The notes under the pieces were generated by a model. That model did not search any database. It was not told the origin of the DNA and saw only the letters and a list, made by a program, of their open reading frames with translations. A stretch of 64,000 bases of DNA from a virus: IMG/VR virus record IMGVR_UViG_3300033146_003076, positions 14,864 to 78,863 of that record. The stretch is one strand, 5' to 3'. Positions 31,068 through 40,937 of this stretch are shown here, piece after piece. How positions within the stretch are numbered: the first letter of the stretch is position 1; every line of letters starts with the position of its first letter. Position numbers and translations under genes: made by a program.

Positions 31068-31991
31068 TTATTTTGTTTTTACATTATGATATTTTAATAA
31101 TTTACCCATATTACCATCACACCAAACATTTAATATAGTATTATGAAGTTTAGGGTTTTCAATTTTCATTCTTTGAAATCTGTTTGGTTCTTTTTCTAAG
31201 TGAACTCCAAAACCACAACCAACACATCCTGTACGTTTTGCTTTTGTTGTTTCCCATTTACCTTCAACTTTAATTATTTCTCCATAAGCATCACAATAAT
31301 CTAGATCATATTGTTTAATATATTCTAGTATGTCCTGTTCTGTCCAGAAACCTAAAGGAGTACATTGTCCTTTTTCCCAATCGATACACCCATTTTGAAG
31401 ATATTGTTTTTTTCTTTGTTGTCCGTCACTAGCCATGGTTGCAATAAATCCTTTCATGCCTGATTTTTTATTAAATCTTTTTATTGGTTCTTTCTTTAAA
31501 TAATGGCAGCACATATCACTTACTTCTATATCTGAAGTAATTATATCTTTCCATTTATTAGATATTTTAAACATTGTTTTACTTCCATCCTTCATTATCC
31601 CTGTTATTAACCTACTTCTTAAGTAATCTGACTTTGTATGTTTTGCTTGATAAATAAAATGTGCTTGTTGTTTAGTTGGGAATGGTATACCATATTTATT
31701 CCACACTTCCAACATACTCTTTTTTGGTTTTAAAACAATGTTTGCTTTTTTTAATGCGTGATCTCTTGTGTGTAGTTCAGTTCCTGTATCTACAAATAAT
31801 ACTTTAACATCTGGAAAAAAGGATTTTATTAAATGTAACATAACTTCCGAATCTTTACCCCCACTATAAGAGATATAAACCTCTCCATTATATTCTTGAT
31901 AGAACTTTCTAATCTTAATTAACGAAAGATTAATCTTTACATTTAAAGATAATTTCTGTCTTTGTTCTAATTGCCATTTTTCCATCTTCAT
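31068..31991 (-). CDS. PAPS reductase-family (PP-loop, Fe-S) protein
   Basis: SYSGGKDS, DTGTE, CCHYLKKEP, RTGCVGC. Confidence 0.9.
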   Translation of the reverse strand: MKMEKWQLEQRQKLSLNVKINLSLIKIRKFYQEYNGEVYISYSGGKDSEVMLHLIKSFFPDVKVLFVDTGTELHTRDHALKKANIVLKPKKSMLEVWNKYGIPFPTKQQAHFIYQAKHTKSDYLRSRLITGIMKDGSKTMFKISNKWKDIITSDIEVSDMCCHYLKKEPIKRFNKKSGMKGFIATMASDGQQRKKQYLQNGCIDWEKGQCTPLGFWTEQDILEYIKQYDLDYCDAYGEIIKVEGKWETTKAKRTGCVGCGFGVHLEKEPNRFQRMKIENPKLHNTILNVWCDGNMGKLLKYHNVKTK

Positions 31992-32011
31992 TATACCCAA
32001 TCTATATACAA

Positions 32012-32035
32012 CCTGTATATAAACCTTTGTTTTAC
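32012..32035 (-). promoter_or_regulatory. Archaeal BRE-TATA promoter
   Basis: Minus strand AAAACAAAGGTTTATATACAG. Confidence 0.65.
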
Positions 32036-32187
32036 TTTTCAGTAGTTATCTAACAATCTCTAACTTCACAAGGAGAAAAGAATTAGACTGTCCCCCTTTG
32101 GATAAAGAAAATAAAGGAAAGGAAGATTTTAGTTTTCATTTAAACGGAGATAAAAATGGATTGTTTCCTTCCCTTTATTTTTTGTGA

Positions 32188-33222
32188 TTAAGATCGTCTG
32201 TTGATATTTACTGAATAGTTTCTTTGTTCTTCTGATACTTTAAATAATTCTTCAATGAATAACATCTTTTTAATGAATCTTTCTGATGTCCTTATTGTGT
32301 TTACAATTCCTTTTTTAATTAAAATCTTTTTAAGTTCTGTTGTTGTTATATCTTTTGTTCCTATAAGAGAATGTAATAATACTCTCTCTCTACTTGATAC
32401 TTTTAGTTCTGATTTTAATTCTTTCTTCCAGTCTAAATCATTTTGTTTACAGAAGTTATATGTTTTGAATGCTTTGTATTGTGTTCTTAAGTTTATGTCG
32501 ACACAAACTTCTTTTTTTATTAATTCAATTAAATGTTTTGTTACTTCTTTTTCAAATGTTTTTGTTGCTATTAGTCGCATTATATTTATTATTTCTTCTT
32601 TCGTGAAAAATACTTCAATATAATCCCCTCTTGATTGTAATGCGTTTAAGTCTTCTTGTAATCCCTTTATAGCTATTGCATTATAATCAAATATAAATTT
32701 ACAATTACATTCAAACTTGTCTGGTAAATCTTCTTGAACTTTTGAATAATTGTTTTTTGTTAATAAACATTTATCCTCACTTTCTGTTGCTGCTTTTAAT
32801 AAGTTTAATGCATCTTGCATCTTTAACAATTTAACAAAATCTTTCAACCAGATAATCTTCCCATTATTTTCATACAATAATCTGTATAAATATGCTGATG
32901 AAATATCTCCAGATAATTCTACAAATTCTGCATTATCATTATTTAATACTGTTCTTATTTGTTTACTTTTCCCAACGCCTGCAGTTCCTTTAACAAATAA
33001 AATTTTACTATATCCTTGAGTAACTTTCTTTATTGCATTACCTAATTTATAATAATACTTTTTTGTTATTTCTTCTTCATTCATTTTTTTTCTTGCAAGG
33101 GTCTTGTTTTCCAAATATGTTAAGTCTGGGTTATACAATTCCATTGGGTCTAAATCTGGTCTTAAATGTTTTAACCATTCAACGTAGTTATCATACGTTG
33201 TTATCTCTTTTTGTGTTATCAT
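32188..33222 (-). CDS. P-loop/AAA+ ATPase with C-terminal winged helix
   Basis: GTAGVGKS, LNLLKAA, ALQSRG, NLR, terminal wHTH. Confidence 0.8.
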   Translation of the reverse strand: MITQKEITTYDNYVEWLKHLRPDLDPMELYNPDLTYLENKTLARKKMNEEEITKKYYYKLGNAIKKVTQGYSKILFVKGTAGVGKSKQIRTVLNNDNAEFVELSGDISSAYLYRLLYENNGKIIWLKDFVKLLKMQDALNLLKAATESEDKCLLTKNNYSKVQEDLPDKFECNCKFIFDYNAIAIKGLQEDLNALQSRGDYIEVFFTKEEIINIMRLIATKTFEKEVTKHLIELIKKEVCVDINLRTQYKAFKTYNFCKQNDLDWKKELKSELKVSSRERVLLHSLIGTKDITTTELKKILIKKGIVNTIRTSERFIKKMLFIEELFKVSEEQRNYSVNINRRS

Positions 33223-33691
33223 TTTCTTCTTGCCCCACTTCTAGTTCATAGTATTTTTTATTCTCTTCTACAAACTCTTTAACTTCTTTTATTACATTCT
33301 CTACTAAAGACACATATCTCACGCACTTATTATCTTTTTGTATAGATATGTAACCTTGATATTTTAACAGGTTTACTATTGCATAATACTGATGGTCATT
33401 TGACCCTAATTCTTTTTTTATTTCTTTTGCTGTTGTAAATCTTTTCTTCAATAATATACAAAACAATTTATATCTTTTTCTTGACGGTTTTATTCCTATC
33501 CTTTTCTTCATTAACCCTGATGGTATTTGTCCTGTTTTATGTATTCTTTCTAGTTCTGTTCTTACTATTTTCTTAATGTTTATTTCTGAAAACATTGCCA
33601 CCATATCCCTTATTCCTGTTTTAAATATATATTTCCTTAATATTTCTTCAACTTTTTCTTCAATAATTATTTGTGTTTTCTCTTCTAACAT
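33191..33691 (-). CDS. Winged-helix protein
   Basis: TAKEIKKELG...LLKYQGYI. Confidence 0.6.
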   Translation of the reverse strand: MLEEKTQIIIEEKVEEILRKYIFKTGIRDMVAMFSEINIKKIVRTELERIHKTGQIPSGLMKKRIGIKPSRKRYKLFCILLKKRFTTAKEIKKELGSNDHQYYAIVNLLKYQGYISIQKDNKCVRYVSLVENVIKEVKEFVEENKKYYELEVGQEENDNTKRDNNV

Positions 33692-33847
33692 AATTCTTCA
33701 CCTTTTTTTATTTGTCCATAAAAATTAATTTAAATCCTTCATAACGGAATTTGCATCCACACTCTTTACACTCATAATGGGTTGGGTGTGTTATTAATCT
33801 CATCTTTCTACATTTAGCACATTTTCTTATTACCATTATATCACCTT

Positions 33848-34841
33848 TCAATATTTGTGAGCATTATCCATATTATTTGTATGTTTGTTTAATGCATTCT
33901 CAATCTTTAAAATCATATCTATCACATCATCAATTCTTTTATTTGTTGAAACAAACATTTCTTCGGTAGATTCTTTTACTTTTTTTATTTTCATTATTCT
34001 ATCCATATCTTTTGGTTCAATAATATGTCCTGTTGTTTGATGGTTTTCTTTTATTCCATTAGTGACTGCATCATTTGTTGATATTTCTGAATCAACCTTG
34101 AAATTTTTATTTATAAATTTATCACTTCCCCCCACTAAACTAACTCTTGCAAGTTCTAAACCATTATATGCTCCTTGCCCATAATCATCTTTAGAACCAC
34201 ATTCTAATTGTATTTGTTTTAAATCTTTTAGTGCCATTTCAATCGTTTGTTTTACTATTCCTGAAAATATGTCACTTCTTTTTACTTTTTTTAATTCTTC
34301 TTCATCCATTTTTCTTTTCCTCCTTAACCGGTTCAGCAGAGATTAGTGCGTCCCCTTTATCTTCTTTAAAATTAGCATAATATGTTTTCATTATTTCTGT
34401 TGTTTCTTTGATTGCGTTTAATTCGTTAATTAAATCTTTACACAAGTCCATTACTTCAATAATATATAAATTTATTGTTTCCAGTGTTGCCTCTGGTTCG
34501 TTATGTTTTCTTCCTTCATTAGTGTGTTTAATCTTATTAATATAATTATAAATCTCTATTAACCTTACACTATTCTTACCATACTTTTCAAGAACCATAT
34601 CTTGGGATATAATATTATTGGTTATTAATTCAATCATCTTGTTATACTTTTGTTTATTCTTTTCTTCTTTACTGATAACAATAATCCTTTCATCAAATAA
34701 TGTTCCTATCTCTCCTTTTAGTATAACTTTAGATGGTGGATAATTTAATGGATTGTCTATTCTACAAAAACAATCATTATCCAAATATAATTTTATATCT
34801 TTCTCGTCAATATACTTTAATTTAACTTCTTCTTCTCCCAT
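33848..34841 (-). CDS. Two hypothetical coiled-coil proteins (33848-34309, 34302-34841)
   Basis: ORFs with SD. Confidence 0.55.
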
Positions 34842-34852
34842 TTTTTCTTCCT

Positions 34853-35437
34853 CTAATGTTTATTAAAACAAACATTTCCTTTCTTCATACAATATTTACA
34901 TTCAATACATGTTAACCCTTTTGTTTGATTAAGACATTGCACAAACTTTTTTGGTAAAGGATCTTGTTTAAGTTTCATTTTAGATACTCCATCAAATTGT
35001 TTATATTTAGTTTTCCATATTCCTTTATCATCACTAATGTATAATGTAAAGTTCTTAGGTCTTTTTACTTTGATGTCTACATTTTTAGTGTATGTGTAAA
35101 AGATTATGTCTGGGAATGTTTTACATATCTTAACCCATTTATCAAAATATTCTTGACTATAAAATTCTCCACATGTGTGTATTCTAAAATATTTTATGTT
35201 TTGTTTTTTTATTAGTTTACTTATTTCTTCCACAAAATCTTTTCTTCTTGATGCTCTTAGATTATTATTAAGGAAAGGTGTCTGTGCAGGATATAATCTT
35301 TTAAACTTATTATAGTAACAGTGTTTAAGGCATCCTTGTTCTTTACATCCTTTAATCTTTTTGCATATTGTGTTGTTAATATTAAATGATACTATCTTTG
35401 TTTTACTATTTGGTGGACTTAACTTTAGTTGATTCAT
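34853..35437 (-). CDS. Gp88-like (radical-SAM-related) phage protein
   Basis: C...C...CYY, FRIHTCGEFYSQEY...W...F.TYTK, C-terminal CxxCxxC. Confidence 0.75.
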   Translation of the reverse strand: MNQLKLSPPNSKTKIVSFNINNTICKKIKGCKEQGCLKHCYYNKFKRLYPAQTPFLNNNLRASRRKDFVEEISKLIKKQNIKYFRIHTCGEFYSQEYFDKWVKICKTFPDIIFYTYTKNVDIKVKRPKNFTLYISDDKGIWKTKYKQFDGVSKMKLKQDPLPKKFVQCLNQTKGLTCIECKYCMKKGNVCFNKH

Positions 35438-35501
35438 TATCTTTACCTCTTGTTTAAAAAATAAAATGGTTGGTGTTGCCACCAACTTTTAAAGAACTCT
35501 T

Positions 35502-35870
35502 TTACAAATTGTTTTTTTCTCTAATGATTGCTTCCATTGTTACTACTAATTTTGTTGCTTGTTCCATCGCTTCGTCTGGTGTTAGTGCATAACATTTAAC
35601 TTCCCCTGAGAATTGTCCTTTTGCATTAACAGAGATTTTAACACTATCTTTTGGGTCTACTACTACTTCTGCTGCTTTTGTTTTCTCTTCTTCTACTTTA
35701 CCATTTGGTTTTTTTACTGTTTTCTTTTCTTTAAGTTCCTGTATAAGAAGTGAGTTCTTTAACACTTTTGTTTTGATGTCTTGTAATAACATAATAACAT
35801 CACCCATTTCTTCTTTTGTTTGTTCCATTTTAACTTCTTCAATTTCAATTTTTTCTATGTCTTGTTCCAT
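35502..35870 (-). CDS. Hypothetical protein
   Basis: ORF with GAGGT SD. Confidence 0.6.
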   Translation of the reverse strand: MEQDIEKIEIEEVKMEQTKEEMGDVIMLLQDIKTKVLKNSLLIQELKEKKTVKKPNGKVEEEKTKAAEVVVDPKDSVKISVNAKGQFSGEVKCYALTPDEAMEQATKLVVTMEAIIREKNNL

Positions 35871-35891
35871 TTTCTATTTACCTCATTTAAT

Positions 35892-36221
35892 TTATTCTTC
35901 TTCGTTGTGAAAGTTTTCGTACCAATCTGCATCTTTTAATGTTGTGTCTAATATTGACCATATAAAGATCGCTAAATTAGGGATACATAAAAAGAATACA
36001 CCAATTATACATGCTGATAATCCTACCCAAAACTTCCATAAATCTCTCTTTGCTGTGTATAACCAAGTCCAATAACTAAACAGTACTGCTAAAATTACTG
36101 CTGTTGATTTCTTCTTTGTTTTACCAACTGAAATTGTTTTAACTCTACATCCACAACCAGGACAGATTTCACAATTCTCTACTACTTTTTTCCCACATTC
36201 TCTACAATATTTTTCATTCAT
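35892..36221 (-). CDS. Zinc-ribbon plus TM2-like membrane protein
   Basis: CRECG...CPGCG, KKKSTAVILAVLF, two TM helices. Confidence 0.75.
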   Translation of the reverse strand: MNEKYCRECGKKVVENCEICPGCGCRVKTISVGKTKKKSTAVILAVLFSYWTWLYTAKRDLWKFWVGLSACIIGVFFLCIPNLAIFIWSILDTTLKDADWYENFHNEEE

Positions 36222-36233
36222 TTTTTCTTAACC

Positions 36234-36653
36234 TCATTCTATTTTTATTTTAGAAGGGAATGTCACAATAACATTTTCTTCTATATCTACTATATCTACT
36301 TCATTACTCTTAGCAAAACTTTCAAATACTTTTTTATCTAACATTTCCTTTATACAAACTGGCATGTTTTCTTTAGCCCATGTAATTGCAGTTTTAGAAT
36401 CGTATATCAATTTTTTCCTAACTTGAATACCAATTCCTCCATAATGTTTTTTATTTCCTGTTTGATAATATTCTTTTTTAACTTGTTCTTTTATTATATC
36501 TTTCCTTTCTTCTATTACTTTATTATGGTTACTTATTTCTTCAATTAATATCTTGTTTTCTTCATCAAATTGTTCTTGTTTTTGTTTTAATTTGTTTGTT
36601 AATTCTTCTTTCTGTTCTATCTTTTCTTTTAATTTTTTTATCTGTTCTTCCAT
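36234..36653 (-). CDS. Gam/Gp157-like coiled-coil protein
   Basis: N-terminal coiled coil then GIGIQVRKKLIYD...WAKEN. Confidence 0.45.
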   Translation of the reverse strand: MEEQIKKLKEKIEQKEELTNKLKQKQEQFDEENKILIEEISNHNKVIEERKDIIKEQVKKEYYQTGNKKHYGGIGIQVRKKLIYDSKTAITWAKENMPVCIKEMLDKKVFESFAKSNEVDIVDIEENVIVTFPSKIKIE

Positions 36654-36672
36654 TTTTAACCTCATTCTATAT

Positions 36673-37620
36673 TTAATCTGTTATTATTGCTAATTCTTCT
36701 CCAAGAATACTTCCAATAATTATACATTTTTTATTTTCTATTTCTCCAAAATCTTTTTTATATCTGTCCGCAGAAGCAAATATATTTACATTCTCTTTAA
36801 GCAATTTTATGATTTCAAACAGGTTTGTTTTATTATTTTCTATTATAAAACAATCTTTCTCTGAGTCATATCTTGCATTTTTTAACATTTCAATTATTTC
36901 ATTTTTAGTAAATCTTTTCTCACTCATTGTTGTTACCTCATTCAATTTGGTGTTATCACTAACGATTAGTGCGTCCCCTTTACTTCTCATGTTCAGGGTA
37001 TTTGTCTGCACTTCTAATATATCTTAACATTCTATCATGTTTAGTTTCTAAGTTTAATTCTCCTAACATTCTTATTTCCCATTCTGGCAATTCACTTAAT
37101 GGTGGTCTTTCCATTTTAGTTTTCCCCCTCCATGGCCAAATTATATCTTTCACTAATATAATCATTTGGAACATCTTTTATTTTTAAGTTTTCAATGTAT
37201 TGTTCTTCTGCGTCTTCATAATCATCTTTAACTAAACCTTCATATAATTCATTTGGAAATTCATCTATATCATTTCTGTATGATTCTAATATATTTTCTT
37301 CATTAGATTCAATCCAACTATTATATTCATCTGCTTCATCTCCTCTTCTTTCTGCTTCTTTAACCCACGCATCACTCATTTTACAACCCTCTACTCTCTA
37401 ATTTTTCATGTAATTCTATTGATTCTTCTTTTGTTAATTCATCTGTATAACTTCTTACAATCTCTTTTAATCTTAAAACCACTTCATCTGGTTGTGTTGA
37501 TTCATACAATCCAAACTCTGCTGTTGCCCATACTTCCTCTAATAGATCAACCATTGTCATTTTAAATTTATCTTGTTTTTCTTTTTCCATTTTATCTTCA
37601 CCAACTGGAATGATATTCAA
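36673..37620 (-). CDS. Small early hypothetical genes (36673-36927, 36980-37174, 37116-37379, 37381-37620)
   Basis: ORFs with SD; acidic. Confidence 0.5.
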
Positions 37621-38035
37621 AATACCAGTCCTTATTTAATTTTAAACATTTATCAATAAACTTAATTGTTAGTTTTAGATTATCAAAATACCATTCATTA
37701 TATTTAACACCACCATAAAAGAATCCTTCTTTTGTTGGTAATAAATCTTCTGCTCTTCCTTTTTCTTTTAATACTGTTTCACATAGATTCTTTAGCTCTT
37801 CTAATTCATCTCCCGATACTTCATAATTACCACAATCATCTTTTCCATTCTGGCAATTTTCCACAAACCATAAATGAATTGCATTAGCTTTTCTCCAATA
37901 CCCTGCTTCAAAAGATATTGTTTTTAATTTCATCCCTTTCATTTCTGGAAATAATTTGTTTACTTGTTTTGTTTCGCTTTCTTTTTTACCTGACCAAAAA
38001 TATTGTTTCGCATATAAATACATATCTAATCCCAT
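37598..38035 (-). CDS. Conserved phage protein (MGLDMY...YWRKANAIH family)
   Basis: Recognisable motifs, ends YHSSW. Confidence 0.7.
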   Translation of the reverse strand: MGLDMYLYAKQYFWSGKKESETKQVNKLFPEMKGMKLKTISFEAGYWRKANAIHLWFVENCQNGKDDCGNYEVSGDELEELKNLCETVLKEKGRAEDLLPTKEGFFYGGVKYNEWYFDNLKLTIKFIDKCLKLNKDWYFEYHSSW

Positions 38036-38036
38036 T

Positions 38037-38579
38037 TTAATCCCTCCGTATTGATTTTGGATAATCAATACATTCTAATTGATTGAATGTTTTCATCCCA
38101 TCTTCAAATTCTTTCATTTGTTTTTTATTATACCCTTTCTTGTCTGAGTACCATTCTTTTGTTGTAAGGTATTGTTTTGCATTATGTTTAATAAATTCTC
38201 CATTATCATTTCTTGTAATAAAACAATATTGAATATTATTTTTTTCATCAAACTTCAAATACAAAAACCCATCATTATTATCTAATGTCTTTAGGAATGT
38301 TTCAAATCTTCCTATTCTTTTTTTATCTAAGATATATTCATTATCTCTGTTTTCAGTTACTGCATCATAATAATCACAAAAAGAATTCATATCATTAAAC
38401 TTTCCGTAACAACTCCCATAAAGATATTCTTTGAACTCATAAAATTTATGTTTTTGTTTCATGTATCCTCTTATTGCTGTTCCTATTCTTCTTATCGCAT
38501 ACATACCATATAACCATTGGAAATGTATTACCTTTAAGTCTCCTCTACGATTTAAGATTATTTGAAATCTTTGTCCCAT
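38037..38579 (-). CDS. Conserved phage protein (MGQR...HFQW...DNNDG family)
   Basis: Motifs. Confidence 0.55.
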   Translation of the reverse strand: MGQRFQIILNRRGDLKVIHFQWLYGMYAIRRIGTAIRGYMKQKHKFYEFKEYLYGSCYGKFNDMNSFCDYYDAVTENRDNEYILDKKRIGRFETFLKTLDNNDGFLYLKFDEKNNIQYCFITRNDNGEFIKHNAKQYLTTKEWYSDKKGYNKKQMKEFEDGMKTFNQLECIDYPKSIRRD

Positions 38580-38750
38580 TTTAATTTGCCTCCAATTTAT
38601 AATTCTTAATTTGTTTTGTTGCTTTTAATGCAGCATTATTTAATATCTCTCTTAGGTCTGAAGTTGATATAGTAAATGTTTCCCCTTTACTATTCTTCAA
38701 GTATATTGTGTTATGACTTATCCATAACATTTTGAAATCTTTTTCCATTT

Positions 38751-39272
38751 TTATTCCTCCTTCACATTATCTTTTTCATATTTCTTATTAGATGGTAATT
38801 TGTTTAATTTATATTCTGATAATAAATTTTCTCCATCATAATTACAATATGATTCAAATTTCATTTTGTCTAAATCAATAACATAATAATATTCACAGAA
38901 CAATGTGTCTTTAATAAATTCAGATGAATCAACCATTATTCCAATATCTCCATTCATATATTCTGTGATTTCTCCTTGCAGGTTTCTTAATAATTGATAA
39001 TACGTATTAATCTTTATGTTATCCATGCTACCTCCAACAGCAGTGTTTGCATATTTAGAATATTTTTTTATATGTTCTTTTGTTGGTTTAGATTCTTCAT
39101 CTTTAATCAACTCAATATTATTTATGTTTTCTTTTACATCTTTCCAATCAATCATTTTTCTTAATTCTTCAAGAATATTTATTCCTAATCCTTCCGGATA
39201 TGAATCGTAATGATTATACATACCAAAAAACTTTTCATTAACTTTAAAACATACGCATCCTCTTGTTCCCAT
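38751..39272 (-). CDS. Conserved phage protein (MGTR...YNHYDSYPEGLG family)
   Basis: Motifs, EYYYVIDLD. Confidence 0.7.
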   Translation of the reverse strand: MGTRGCVCFKVNEKFFGMYNHYDSYPEGLGINILEELRKMIDWKDVKENINNIELIKDEESKPTKEHIKKYSKYANTAVGGSMDNIKINTYYQLLRNLQGEITEYMNGDIGIMVDSSEFIKDTLFCEYYYVIDLDKMKFESYCNYDGENLLSEYKLNKLPSNKKYEKDNVKEE

Positions 39273-39933
39273 TATAATCTACCTCCATAGATTTATTTTA
39301 ATTAATTTGCAGGGTTACACAGAAATTAGACTGTCCTCTTTCTTTACTTTGTGTTGACTCTAACTTTACTTTTCCCAACTAAATTTGTCTCTTACTTCTA
39401 AGACTTCTATTCTTTCTCTTTTACAATCCCATTCCATCCCAGTCATTAAACATAATTTATTAATATCCATTATGTTCCACTCAACTGTGTTTATTACATA
39501 CTTAGTCATTTTTTCTTTTTCTTTTCTTTTGTTGAAGGGTCTTGTTTATTTATTATCTCGTTAAGTATATCTTCATCTATAATGTATAGTTCTCTTTCTG
39601 TCCTACCCATTATTCCTTTCAATCTTATTCTGTTTACTTCTCCTGTTTTCTTACTCTTTATTATTTTGTTTACAAACTCTTTACCTTTTGTTGTTAATTT
39701 TCTTTCTTTGGTGTATCCCAATTTTTCTAGTGTCATTCTTCTTCTACCTCTCCTATTAATCCTACTGTCATGTGTTTACAATCTTTATGTCCAAACTCTC
39801 CAAAAAATAAACTGTTTGCTAGGTTAATATTCATTTCATCTAATGATGTTCTGTCTATTTCTTCTCCATTTTCAAATAATCCATATATGTATGCCTTCAT
39901 TTTATCCTCTTATTATTTTGTCGTTTGTGTCGT

Positions 39934-40353
39934 TTAATTTCTTTTTTTAAGATAATTAATAATTAAATCAAATTGTTTTGTACTTAGTATTGTATTACCC
40001 CATGTAGATTTGTATCTTCTAAATACTGTGTGTTTACTTTCTTTTCTTAATGAGGGTATTGAATATGTTTTAATCCATCTTAATTCTGTTTCAGAAACAA
40101 TCTTTAATATTTTATCTTCATAACTTTCTAATTTTATTTTATCTAATTTTTCATTTATTATTTCTATTTGTTTTTCGTATTCTTTTTTTCTTTTAATTAA
40201 TGCAGATCTATTATTGTGTGCATAATATAATTCTTCAATGAATTCTGAAACATTATACACTTCTGGATCTTCTTTAATTTCTTTTATAAAAAATTCATTA
40301 AATCTTTCGTTTAATCTATCTTTCATTTTTATTTTTTTATCTTTCATTTTCAT
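39934..40353 (-). CDS. Hypothetical protein adjacent to putative origin
   Basis: ORF. Confidence 0.55.
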   Translation of the reverse strand: MKMKDKKIKMKDRLNERFNEFFIKEIKEDPEVYNVSEFIEELYYAHNNRSALIKRKKEYEKQIEIINEKLDKIKLESYEDKILKIVSETELRWIKTYSIPSLRKESKHTVFRRYKSTWGNTILSTKQFDLIINYLKKRN

Positions 40354-40399
40354 TTTTTTTATTACCTATATCTATTTATATCTTCTCTTTTTCTTTGGC

Positions 40400-40700
40400 G
40401 TCAACTTGGCCCTTTTACGCACACTTCAGAAATAATGGTTTTTGAAACCTTTTACAAAAGGGTCAACTTGGCCCTTTTACGCACACTTGTTTGCTCTTTT
40501 TTCTTTAATCTCTAACTCAACTCTTCTTTTTTTGTTATTACTAAGAAAAGACTACACTTATAAATATAGGGTATATATATATATATATAAATATATTAAT
40601 ATAGTTATATATATACTGTGTTGTGCGTAATGGCACCACTTTGGCCCTTTTGTAAAAGTATAGGTAAACAGTTTTTTCCAAAGTGTGCGTAATTACCCTT
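40400..40700. other. Putative replication origin
   Basis: 27-bp direct repeats 40400-40426 and 40462-40488, central (TA)n tract, mirror-image inverted copies on the other side. Confidence 0.6.
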
Positions 40701-40937
40701 TTTTAGTGCCAAAGAATTAAAGGTCTTTTTAGAACTTTTTTTGTAAAGTTTGTGTTAACATTAACTAATCTTGATCATAAAGAATTTGTATTAAATCATA
40801 TTTAATTTCTTCTAGTTTTCCAATTAATTCAAATGTTTCTTTTTTAGATAAGTTATGTATTCCATTTGTTCTATGTTCACATTTCCCAAACTCATAATAT
40901 ATTTTTATTAATTCATCTTCCATTTTATTTTACCTCC

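Noticed and set aside
36928-37011. Shared KGDALI / KGDRLIVGVNTN peptide in several ORFs as a protein motif
   Set aside because: It is the translation of the DNA repeat; the true starts are downstream (36927, 44516)
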